Of a DNA stretch of 64,000 bases, positions 28,944 through 37,484 are shown piece by piece. Position 1 is the stretch's first letter. Every line of letters begins with the position of its first letter. The translations under genes and the position numbers were made by a program. Location: NCBI GenBank assembly GCA_964535825.1, contig CAZHUC010000004.1:97065-161064 (forward strand). Direction: 5' to 3'. The notes under the pieces are model-generated. The model did no database searches and was not told where the DNA came from. It worked only from the letters and a program-made list of their open reading frames with translations. The stretch comes from an uncultured Rickettsiales bacterium (GTDB lineage: Bacteria; Pseudomonadota; Alphaproteobacteria; Rickettsiales; SXRF01).

Positions 28944-29792
28944 TTACCAAAGTTTGGCGTGGCTCGCTGTGTAGGATTCTATATCCTTGAGGATGATAGT
29001 ATTCAACTCTTCAGCTAGCGCTTTGCTTTCCCAGCTATAGCCTTTTGGTGATAGCGTTGAGACAGGCAGTGCCAGCCACGCACTATTCACGACGCATACA
29101 GCATCCGCGCCAGCCAGAACATCGCTGTCTGCGTGTATCTCATGAATGGTATCCGGGTATAGGGAAAGTATGACGGCGCGCATTGCCCCGTTCAATACGC
29201 CACAATCCAGAGCAGGCGTGTATAAGGTAGTATTCTTGCGCCAGAAAATGTTGGAAGAGCTGCCTTCCGCAATGATACCTTGTGTGTTGAGCTGCAATGC
29301 CTCAAAGCAGCCATTTTCCTGCGCTTCCATGCGGGCGAGGGTGGAGTTCATGCCTTGTGCGAGCTTTGAGGATACCGGCAGGCAGGTGGCTGGAATGCGG
29401 CGATAGGTCGAAAGATAAAGCGCGGCAGGCTCATTAGGCGTTGGTGTAAATGGCAGGGTTTCTATCAGGCAGGTTGGGGCTGATTCAGCAGGTAAATATC
29501 CGCTACCGGATGTTCCGCGGGTTATCTGAATACGCAGCAAGCCTTCCTTGCAGGCGTTCTTTATGAGTAACTCAGAACACTCTTTCTGCAGCGTACCAAT
29601 GTCTGCAGCAATATGGATGGCTTGCAAGCCTTCAGCGAGCCTTGCCATGTGCCATTCAAAGCGGTAAGCCACACCGGCATGCACGCGGATGGTCTCAAAG
29701 ACACCATCACCAAAGCGAAAGCCGCGGTCAGACACAGGGACAAGGGCTTCGCTGGCAGGAATGATTTTATGATTCAGGTAGCAATAGTGCAT
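28944..29792 (-). CDS. pabC: Aminodeoxychorismate lyase / class IV PLP aminotransferase
   Basis: DRGFRFGDGVFET and EGSSSNIF motifs; near pabB and folKP. Confidence 0.85.
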   Translation of the reverse strand: MHYCYLNHKIIPASEALVPVSDRGFRFGDGVFETIRVHAGVAYRFEWHMARLAEGLQAIHIAADIGTLQKECSELLIKNACKEGLLRIQITRGTSGSGYLPAESAPTCLIETLPFTPTPNEPAALYLSTYRRIPATCLPVSSKLAQGMNSTLARMEAQENGCFEALQLNTQGIIAEGSSSNIFWRKNTTLYTPALDCGVLNGAMRAVILSLYPDTIHEIHADSDVLAGADAVCVVNSAWLALPVSTLSPKGYSWESKALAEELNTIILKDIESYTASHAKLW

Positions 29793-29859
29793 GTTTTACG
29801 CTTGTTTTGCAGGTGATAAGGGCTAGATTACAGGCTTTGAAACTGGGTACAACGATTTT

Positions 29860-30387
29860 ATGCTTAAACTGATGCTTGGAATAGGCAGTAATGTGGGGGA
29901 TCGCGTCGCGAACCTGCAGATGGCCATTGATGGCATCAAGGAATTTGCAGAAGATCTTCGTATCTCAACTGTCTATGAGTCTGCCGCATTGTTGCCGGAA
30001 AATGCACCCGCTGAATGGGATATGGCATATTTGAATATGAACGTAATGGGTGAATGCTCTCTTCCACCGCATAACGTGCTTAAGCGCGTCAAGCAGTTGG
30101 AAAGCGATATAGGCAGGGTAAAGCGTGGGCATTGGTCGCCGCGGGAGATCGATATTGATATTCTGGCTTATGGCGAAAAACTGCACAGTTCAGATGATCT
30201 GCAGATACCGCACCTGCATTTACTGGATAGAGATTTTGCCCTGATGCCGTTTGCTGAGCTCTGGCCAGATTGGAAATGCCCCAGAGAGGGAAAATATTCA
30301 TGCTGGGCTGCCAAGGATATTATTGCCGATAAAGGATTTTGCCTGAATGAGTCACTCAAACAGCTGGAGATCATGCTCAGTGTCTAA
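29860..30387 (+). CDS. folK: 2-amino-4-hydroxy-6-hydroxymethyldihydropteridine diphosphokinase
   Basis: GIGSNVGDR and PREIDIDIL motifs. Confidence 0.96.
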   Translation: MLKLMLGIGSNVGDRVANLQMAIDGIKEFAEDLRISTVYESAALLPENAPAEWDMAYLNMNVMGECSLPPHNVLKRVKQLESDIGRVKRGHWSPREIDIDILAYGEKLHSSDDLQIPHLHLLDRDFALMPFAELWPDWKCPREGKYSCWAAKDIIADKGFCLNESLKQLEIMLSV

Positions 30388-31171
30388 GACAAAGTTAGTC
30401 GCGATCATCAATATCACACCGGATTCCTTCTCCGATGGAGGTGAGTGTTTTTCACCAGACAGCGCGATAGCTGCCATCAAACATGTCATTAGCTCTAGTG
30501 CAGATGTTATCGATATTGGTGCTGAATCTACGCGTCCGGGTGCAACACCCATTGCACATGCAGAAGAATGGCAACGCCTGAAGCCAGTGCTGGAATTTTT
30601 GAGCACATACCCTATGGGGGGTATTAAAATAAGTGTAGATACACGGCACGCAGAAACTGCAAAAAAGGCGCTGGCACTTGATGTGCACTGGATAAATGAT
30701 GTCTCTGGCATCAATGATGCAGCAATGATCGAGGCGGTTAAACACTCAGATTGTAAGTTGGTATTTATGCATTCGCTTAGCGTGCCAGCGGATAAGAACA
30801 TCGTATTACCTGAAAATATTGACCCCGTTCAGAGCATCATTGCATGGGCCAATAAGCGAATAGCTTCGCTGGAAGCCACAGGTATTGCGCGCAACCGGCT
30901 TATATTCGATCCGGGTATTGGGTTTGGCAAAACACCAAAGCAATCACAGGAGATTCTAAATAGAGTGGATGAATTTAGAGTGCTTGATATGCCGATATTC
31001 ATTGGTCATTCGCGCAAATCATTCCTGATGCATGCGCAAACGCTGGCAGAGAAAGATGCCGCAACGCTTGCTATCTCAAGAGAATTAGTGGCGAAGGGTG
31101 TCGATTATATCCGTGTACATAATATTGCTCTGCATCGGCAGATGCTATCGGAGATGGCACATGTCGCGTGA
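30380..31171 (+). CDS. folP: Dihydropteroate synthase
   Basis: NITPDSFSDGG, DPGIGFGK and GHSRKSF motifs; likely GTG start at 30380 overlapping folK. Confidence 0.95.
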   Translation: MSKTKLVAIINITPDSFSDGGECFSPDSAIAAIKHVISSSADVIDIGAESTRPGATPIAHAEEWQRLKPVLEFLSTYPMGGIKISVDTRHAETAKKALALDVHWINDVSGINDAAMIEAVKHSDCKLVFMHSLSVPADKNIVLPENIDPVQSIIAWANKRIASLEATGIARNRLIFDPGIGFGKTPKQSQEILNRVDEFRVLDMPIFIGHSRKSFLMHAQTLAEKDAATLAISRELVAKGVDYIRVHNIALHRQMLSEMAHVA

Positions 31172-32444
31172 TCCGATAGAGGTGTTTTTAAACAGGCTGC
31201 ATCACCCGATGTTGGCCTCCATCGATCTGAAACTGGACAGGATGCTCCGTCTGCTCGCCATGCTCGGAAATCCGCAGAAGCGTTTGCCGCCTGTCATTCA
31301 TGTGGCGGGTACAAACGGCAAAGGGTCGTTACTTGCTAATTTGCAGTCTATACTTCAGGTGGCTGGTTATAGGGTGCATAAATATACCTCGCCGCATCTG
31401 GTACGTTTCCGTGAGCGTATCGTGCTGAATGGTAAGGAAGTGGAGGATGTTTACATCATCAATATCGTAAAGCATGTGACCTCCGTATTACAGGCGCAGC
31501 CCGCCACCTTCTTTGAAGCGACCACTGCTGCTGCTTTCCTTGCCTATGCAGAGCATCCGGCGGATGTGCTGTTGCTGGAAACGGGCATGGGAGGAAGGCT
31601 TGATGCCACCAATGTTATCGATAAACCGCTGCTTACTGCAATCACACCGATATCCATGGATCACACGGAATATCTGGGCAATACCATTGAAGCTATCGCT
31701 GGTGAGAAGGCAGGTATTCTAAAGCGTGATGTGCCGTGCGTGGTGGGAAGGCAAGAGGAGGCGGCGCTTCAGGTGATCGAAGAAAAGGCAAAGGCACTGA
31801 ATGTTCCGCTATATCGCTTTGGTAGTGAATGGCAGCATGCCAATGGCGAATATGTTTCGGATAAAAGGCGTATGACATTCGCACCATCACTGGCGGGCAA
31901 TTTCCAGTTTGATAACACGGCTACAGCCATTGCCTGCCTTGATCTATTGCCGCAATTTAAAGTATCAGATGCACAGATCACAGAAGGTATCAATAAAGTG
32001 GATTGGCCGGCCAGATTGCAGCACATCACATCTGGGGCATTGCCAAAGTTAGTTGCTGGCCATCAGATGTGGCTGGATGGCGGGCACAACCCGCAAGGTG
32101 CGCAGATGCTTGGTGAGTGGATGGCAGCGCAAACACAGGATATCCATGTGGTGTGCGGCATGATGAAGGGCAAGGATGCCAGATCATATCTTGAGCGTAT
32201 CAAGCCTTATGTAAAAACTTTTTATGCCGTAGCCATTCCTGATGAAAGCGGCAGTCACACTGCTTCTTCGCTTGCAGTGGAAGCCAAAGCGCTTGGAATG
32301 GAAGCGTTTGAAGCGACCAGTGTAGAAAAAGCATTGCAAACTATTGCAGGAAGTGCAAAAAATCCTTCCATAATCTGTATTTGCGGTTCTTTGTATCTGG
32401 CGGGGCATGTGCTTCATATCAATGCCAGCGCGAAAGCTGCCTGA
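31161..32444 (+). CDS. folC: Bifunctional folylpolyglutamate synthase / dihydrofolate synthase
   Basis: HVAGTNGKGS and ETGMGGRLDATN motifs; ATG 31161. Confidence 0.96.
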   Translation: MSRDPIEVFLNRLHHPMLASIDLKLDRMLRLLAMLGNPQKRLPPVIHVAGTNGKGSLLANLQSILQVAGYRVHKYTSPHLVRFRERIVLNGKEVEDVYIINIVKHVTSVLQAQPATFFEATTAAAFLAYAEHPADVLLLETGMGGRLDATNVIDKPLLTAITPISMDHTEYLGNTIEAIAGEKAGILKRDVPCVVGRQEEAALQVIEEKAKALNVPLYRFGSEWQHANGEYVSDKRRMTFAPSLAGNFQFDNTATAIACLDLLPQFKVSDAQITEGINKVDWPARLQHITSGALPKLVAGHQMWLDGGHNPQGAQMLGEWMAAQTQDIHVVCGMMKGKDARSYLERIKPYVKTFYAVAIPDESGSHTASSLAVEAKALGMEAFEATSVEKALQTIAGSAKNPSIICICGSLYLAGHVLHINASAKAA

Positions 32445-32460
32445 AGAGTAGGAATTTATT

Positions 32461-33312
32461 ATGCCACAGAATCTGATCAATGACGCATGGGAGATGCGCA
32501 ATAAGCTGGATGCATCCACACAGGGCGATATACGCAATGCTGTAAATGATGTGATGGCACGTTTGGATGCTGGCCATTTGCGTGTGGCGGAGAAGCAGGG
32601 CGATGACTGGATCGTTCATCAGTGGATCAAGAAGGCGGTGCTGCTTTCTTTCCGCCTGAATCCCATGGAATTGCTGGCGCATGGTGCTTATGCAGCAAAG
32701 GATTTTGACAACGAAGAAAAGCACAGCTTCTGGTATGACAAAGTACCTTCAAAATTCATCGGCTGGGATGAGAAGCGCTTTCATGAATCTGGCTTCCGCG
32801 CCGTTCCCGGTGCTATTGTACGCCATTCTGCCTACATCGCTAAAGATGTGGTGCTGATGCCGAGCTTTGTGAATGTTGGCGCGTATGTGGGCGAGGGTAC
32901 AATGGTAGACACATGGGTGACCATCGGTTCATGCGCACAGATCGGCAAGCATTGTCATATCTCGGGTGGCGTTGGTATTGGTGGCGTGCTTGAGCCATTG
33001 CAGGCAAATCCTGTAGTGATCGAGGATAATTGCTTCATCGGTGCGCGTAGCGAAGTGGCTGAGGGTGTTATCATTGAAGAAGGATCGGTCATCTCCATGG
33101 GAGTATTCCTTGGTGCATCTACAAAGATCATAAACCGCGAAACAGGTGAGATCACTTATGGGCGCGTGCCTGCGTATTCTGTGGTCGTGCCGGGAACGCT
33201 GCCGGGCAAGACACCAGATTCACCATCGCTCTATTGCGCGGTCATCGTAAAACGTGTGGATGAAAAGACCCGCTCCAAGACAGGTATCAACGAACTACTG
33301 CGTGGGTTCTAG
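32461..33312 (+). CDS. dapD: 2,3,4,5-tetrahydropyridine-2,6-dicarboxylate N-succinyltransferase
   Basis: [20 protein letters not shown] and hexapeptide repeats. Confidence 0.97.
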   Translation: MPQNLINDAWEMRNKLDASTQGDIRNAVNDVMARLDAGHLRVAEKQGDDWIVHQWIKKAVLLSFRLNPMELLAHGAYAAKDFDNEEKHSFWYDKVPSKFIGWDEKRFHESGFRAVPGAIVRHSAYIAKDVVLMPSFVNVGAYVGEGTMVDTWVTIGSCAQIGKHCHISGGVGIGGVLEPLQANPVVIEDNCFIGARSEVAEGVIIEEGSVISMGVFLGASTKIINRETGEITYGRVPAYSVVVPGTLPGKTPDSPSLYCAVIVKRVDEKTRSKTGINELLRGF

Positions 33313-34080
33313 TTAGTAATCTACTTTGAGTAGATAAAGACCATCAGGGGGAGCAGTAGGGCCTGATTTGGTACGATCGCAGGCTTCAAGCGCTGCTTTA
33401 ACATCTTCCGGCAACCACTTGCCTTTACCCGCCAAGGCGACTGTGCCTACCATGATGCGCACCTGATGATGCAGGAACGAGCGCGCACAGGTTTGCACAA
33501 TTATATCATCACCCTGTTTGGTGATATCCAGCTTCTCCAATGTTTTGATAGGTGACTTTGCCTGACAGGCTGTGTCGCGGAAGCTGTTGAAGTCATGTGT
33601 GCCGACAAGATAGCTCGCGGCCTGCTGCATCTTCGGAATATCCAGATATTCTGCCACATGCCATGCACGGCTGGTCTCCAGTCCCAGACGAGCGCGACGG
33701 TTGATGATGCGGTAAATATAATGCCTGCGGATGGCAGAAAAGCGTGCGCTGAAATCATCGGGCACTGCTTCCACATGGGTAACGGCAATGCGTTCAGACC
33801 GGATGGATGAGTCATTATCCGAGGCATGGAATAAATGAAAATTGATGCCCTGCATGATATTGAACTCATCATATTCCTTAGGCAGGTCTACGTGCGCGAT
33901 CTGGGCGATGGCATGTACGCCGGCATCCGTGCGGCCAGCGCCAACAATATCTGTAGTAATGCCAGCGAATTTTTTTACAGCCTCGATAAGTTTTTGCTGC
34001 ACGGTTGGCTGATCGGGCTGTCTCTGCCAGCCGGCATAGTGCGTGCCATCATATTCAATGGTTAGTTTGTAACGCGGCAT
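33313..34080 (-). CDS. truA: tRNA pseudouridine(38-40) synthase
   Basis: GAGRTDAGVHA catalytic motif. Confidence 0.97.
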   Translation of the reverse strand: MPRYKLTIEYDGTHYAGWQRQPDQPTVQQKLIEAVKKFAGITTDIVGAGRTDAGVHAIAQIAHVDLPKEYDEFNIMQGINFHLFHASDNDSSIRSERIAVTHVEAVPDDFSARFSAIRRHYIYRIINRRARLGLETSRAWHVAEYLDIPKMQQAASYLVGTHDFNSFRDTACQAKSPIKTLEKLDITKQGDDIIVQTCARSFLHHQVRIMVGTVALAGKGKWLPEDVKAALEACDRTKSGPTAPPDGLYLLKVDY

Positions 34081-35018
34081 TATTCCAGTATACTCCCGGT
34101 CGGTATGGGGAAGCCTTTGAGGAAATCGGTGGATGCCATGCGAGTCTTGCCCGGGCGTTGCAATTCTTCCAGTACGAGTGTGCTCTTGCCTCCGTCACAG
34201 GCGATCTCAAGAAAGCCACTCACCACTTCGCCAGACCGGTGTTCAGCTGCCTGCGCATTGCTGGCATGGGCGGTGAATACTTTAATTTTTTCATTGTTGA
34301 AAAGGAAACTGGCGGCTGGTGACGGCGATAGGCCACGAATGATATTCGCGATCTCGCTTGCTGGTTTGTTCCAATCGATAAAACATTCTTCTTTGGTTAT
34401 CTTTTTGGCGTAGGTTATGCCATGTGGGCTTTGTGGCTTTCGCGCCGTTGTGCCTTTCTGGATCTGGTTCAGGGTCTCGAGTATGAGCGCGCCTGCCTCT
34501 GCTGAGAGCAGATCATGCAAACTGCCTGCATTGAAGAATTCAGGCACGTCATAATTCTTCTGTAGCAGTACATCGCCAGTATCCAGCCCTTCATCCATCT
34601 GCATGATGCAGATGGCGGTGTTCTTGTCTCCGGCCATGATGGTACGCTGGATGGGTGCAGCACCGCGCCAGCGTGGCAGCGCGCTTGGATGGACATTGAT
34701 GCAGCCATACGGGTAAGCCTCAAGGATAGGTTTTGACAGCAACAATCCATACGCGACCACAACAGCGATATCTGCTTGATGTGCGGCAAACTCGGCTTGT
34801 GCTTCCGGCGTTTTTAATGAAACAGGTGTGAATATCGGCAGGTTATTCTCTAGAGCGAATTGATGTACCGGGGAGGGTGTATCTTTTTGTCCGCGGCCTG
34901 CCGGGCGCGGTGGTTGTGTGTAAATAGCAACGATCTCATGGTCTGATGCATGCAATGCCTTGAGTGTTGGCAATGCAAATGCAGGTGTGCCCATGAAAAC
35001 GATACGCATGGGAATCAA
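34080..35018 (-). CDS. fmt: Methionyl-tRNA formyltransferase
   Basis: FMGTPAF and NVHPSALPRWRGAAPIQR motifs. Confidence 0.97.
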   Translation of the reverse strand: MIPMRIVFMGTPAFALPTLKALHASDHEIVAIYTQPPRPAGRGQKDTPSPVHQFALENNLPIFTPVSLKTPEAQAEFAAHQADIAVVVAYGLLLSKPILEAYPYGCINVHPSALPRWRGAAPIQRTIMAGDKNTAICIMQMDEGLDTGDVLLQKNYDVPEFFNAGSLHDLLSAEAGALILETLNQIQKGTTARKPQSPHGITYAKKITKEECFIDWNKPASEIANIIRGLSPSPAASFLFNNEKIKVFTAHASNAQAAEHRSGEVVSGFLEIACDGGKSTLVLEELQRPGKTRMASTDFLKGFPIPTGSILE

Positions 35019-35578
35019 TGGTCGTGGTTACAGTGCGGGCCGTGCACATGATCGTGGTCGAAATAGCCAGCCTTTTTCATTTTGGTGAGCTTTTTGTTGA
35101 TCATATCGCGCTTGAGGCGGGAGATATGGTCAACGAATACGATACCGTTCAGATGGTCGATCTCATGCTGGATACAGGTAGCAAGCAGGCCATCAAAGGT
35201 TTCTTCCTGCTGGTTGCCTTTAAGGTCGAGGTAGCGCACGCGCACGCCAGCGGGGCGCACAACATCGGCGAACTGGTCAGGGAAAGAAAGGCAGCCTTCC
35301 TTATAGGTTTTTTCTTCCGGCGTATTTTCAACAATTTCGGGATTGATGAGCACATGTTGTTCGCCCGGGCCTTCTTCCTCGCGCCATGTGATATCGGCCA
35401 CCAGCACGCGTTTATGAATGCCCACCTGCACGGCAGCAAGGCCGATGCCACGCTCATGATACATGGTCTCCAGCATATCTGCTGCCAGTTTGCGGACGGT
35501 ATCATCCACTGCTTCAACGGGTTTTGAAACTATATGTAAGCGCTCATCCGGCGCGATGACCAAAGGTAATATTGCCAT
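35015..35578 (-). CDS. def: Peptide deformylase
   Basis: GIGLAAVQVG, EGCLS and QHEIDHLNG motifs. Confidence 0.98.
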   Translation of the reverse strand: MAILPLVIAPDERLHIVSKPVEAVDDTVRKLAADMLETMYHERGIGLAAVQVGIHKRVLVADITWREEEGPGEQHVLINPEIVENTPEEKTYKEGCLSFPDQFADVVRPAGVRVRYLDLKGNQQEETFDGLLATCIQHEIDHLNGIVFVDHISRLKRDMINKKLTKMKKAGYFDHDHVHGPHCNHDH

Positions 35579-35949
35579 TATCTCTCTAACTTTTTTGAGC
35601 TTTTATATTCAGCGTATCCTGAAGCTACTTCGTACATGGAAGCGATACATTCTGCAATCATTCTTGCATCTTCAATGTTATCGCCTTCTCCCATCGTAAT
35701 GCCTTCCTTGTCCAGTGCAAGGAAGACACCACGGCTTCCTTTCTGGAAGAATCCGCCAAAGCCACTTTTCAGGCCTGAATTGGTTTCGGCAAACATCTCA
35801 GGAGTTCTCTCAAGTCCAGCCATTGCCTCATCAAAACGGGCAACATGCCCAGCGTCTTTTAATTTTGCCCTGACTTCATCTATGTAGGCTTGATCAACTC
35901 CGCCAGCCTGTGGGGTATCTTCGCTATCAGGTTTGGTAATAGAAGTCAT
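35578..35949 (-). CDS. Hypothetical protein (123 aa) translationally coupled to def
   Basis: TAATG stop/start overlap with def; AAGGA RBS; no family recognised. Confidence 0.7.
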   Translation of the reverse strand: MTSITKPDSEDTPQAGGVDQAYIDEVRAKLKDAGHVARFDEAMAGLERTPEMFAETNSGLKSGFGGFFQKGSRGVFLALDKEGITMGEGDNIEDARMIAECIASMYEVASGYAEYKSSKKLER

Positions 35950-35961
35950 AGACGAGTTTCC

Positions 35962-35987
35962 TTATTTACTGTCTTATTAGTAAATAA
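35962..35987. promoter_or_regulatory. Perfect inverted repeat TTATTTACT-N8-AGTAAATAA
   Basis: 9-bp arms in the 41-nt gap between the gltX stop and the next start; operator or weak hairpin. Confidence 0.4.
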
Positions 35988-35990
35988 TTA

Positions 35991-37361
35991 TTAACATACA
36001 TCCTTTAGACGGCCAAGGCTTTCTTCCTTGCCGAGAATTTCCATTACCTCGAATACGCCAGGAGACACTAAACGCCCGGTGAGTGCAGCTCTTAGCGGTT
36101 GGGCGATGTCGCCTAATTTCTTGCCAATTTCAGCTGCATGCGCCTTGCAGAGCTCCATGGTGGCGGTGTGGCTGAAATCTGCCTGTGCTTCCAGCTTGGG
36201 CAGCAGGGCGCGCACCAGCTCACGGCCACTCTTATTATCCAGCATGTCTTTTGCCTTATCATCCAGCGTAAGCGGGCGGGTGCTGATATACACCGCGCTG
36301 CTTTCAGACAGTTCTACCAGTGTTTTTGCGCGGGCTTTCAAGCCTCCCATGCCTTTAAGCACACGTTCTTTAGCCAGTGCATTATCTTTCGCGTTGCAGA
36401 TGTTAAGCACTAAATCGGTAAGGCGCGCATCATCAGCCTCGCGCATATAATGACCATTCAGGTTTTCCAGCTTCGCAAAATCGAATCGGGAGGGCGATTT
36501 ACCGGCATTCTCCAGATTGAACCATTCGATAGCTTGCTGCGTAGAAATAATTTCATCATCACCATGCGACCAGCCGAGGCGTAGCAGGTAATTACGCATG
36601 GCCTCCGGCAGGTAGCCCATCTTTTCATATTCCTGCACGCCGAGTGCGCCGTGCCGCTTGGAAAGTTTTGCACCGTCTGGCCCGTGAATGAGTGGGATAT
36701 GCGCGAAGCTCGGTGCTTCCCAGCCCATCGCGTTATAGATCATCAGCTGGCGGAAGGTGTTGGTGAAGTGGTCATCGCCGCGTATCACCTGCGTAATGCC
36801 CATGTCATGATCATCGACCACCACGGCAAGCATATAGGTAGGTGTGCCATCAGAGCGCAGGAGGATGAGGTCATCCAGTTCGCTGTGCTGTACGGTAACA
36901 GAACCCTGCACCTTGTCATGCACGGTGGTTTCACCGGTGAGCGGTGCTTTCAGGCGTACTGAGGGTTTTGCTCCGGCAGGTGGTGTGCCGCCATCGCGCC
37001 ATGGGCTGCGGAATTTGGCATTCGGATTTTCTTTGCGGAATTTTTCCAGTTCTTCTGGTGTGGTGTAACAGTAGAACGCATTACCTTTAGCGACCATTTC
37101 CTTGGCCACTTCCGTATGCCGCGCGCTGCGCGCGAACTGGAACACCGGTTCGCCGTCCCAATCCAGCCCCAGCCATTTCATACCTTGCAGAATGGCATCG
37201 ATAGCGTCCTGCGTGGAGCGGGCGCGGTCGGTATCTTCAATGCGCAGATAGAACTTACCGCCATGGTGGCGGGCATATAGCCAGTTGAAAAGTGCCGTGC
37301 GCGCACCACCGATATGCAGGTAGCCAGTGGGTGATGGGGCAAAGCGTGTAACGACGGTCAT
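35991..37361 (-). CDS. gltX: Glutamate--tRNA ligase
   Basis: [13 protein letters not shown] (HIGH) and KLSKRHG (KMSKS) motifs. Confidence 0.97.
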   Translation of the reverse strand: MTVVTRFAPSPTGYLHIGGARTALFNWLYARHHGGKFYLRIEDTDRARSTQDAIDAILQGMKWLGLDWDGEPVFQFARSARHTEVAKEMVAKGNAFYCYTTPEELEKFRKENPNAKFRSPWRDGGTPPAGAKPSVRLKAPLTGETTVHDKVQGSVTVQHSELDDLILLRSDGTPTYMLAVVVDDHDMGITQVIRGDDHFTNTFRQLMIYNAMGWEAPSFAHIPLIHGPDGAKLSKRHGALGVQEYEKMGYLPEAMRNYLLRLGWSHGDDEIISTQQAIEWFNLENAGKSPSRFDFAKLENLNGHYMREADDARLTDLVLNICNAKDNALAKERVLKGMGGLKARAKTLVELSESSAVYISTRPLTLDDKAKDMLDNKSGRELVRALLPKLEAQADFSHTATMELCKAHAAEIGKKLGDIAQPLRAALTGRLVSPGVFEVMEILGKEESLGRLKDVC

Positions 37362-37363
37362 AA

Positions 37364-37484
37364 CAGGGTTCGGGGGTTAGGGTTCAGGAGTCAGGGCAGG
37401 TATGCCAAATATGCTATGTTTTTGCCAGCTTTTTGTTAGAACTGGCTTATGCATTTTCCTGACCCCCGATCCCTGATCCCTGAC
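37364..37484. repeat. Degenerate heptamer repeats (CCCTGAY-like) forming an inverted pair around the gltX/comEC divergent promoter
   Basis: 37364-37381 matches the reverse complement of 37458-37475 at 16/18 nt. Confidence 0.6.

Noticed and set aside
30347-30387. Possible frameshift-fused FolK-FolP, as seen fused in some Rickettsiales
   Set aside because: folP has its own GGAG and GTG start at 30380 and no slippery site is evident; an ordinary overlap suffices
37368-37385. GTTC...GTTC resembling an alphaproteobacterial LexA box near comEC
   Set aside because: Spacer is 10 nt rather than 7, and the motif is explained by the heptamer repeat
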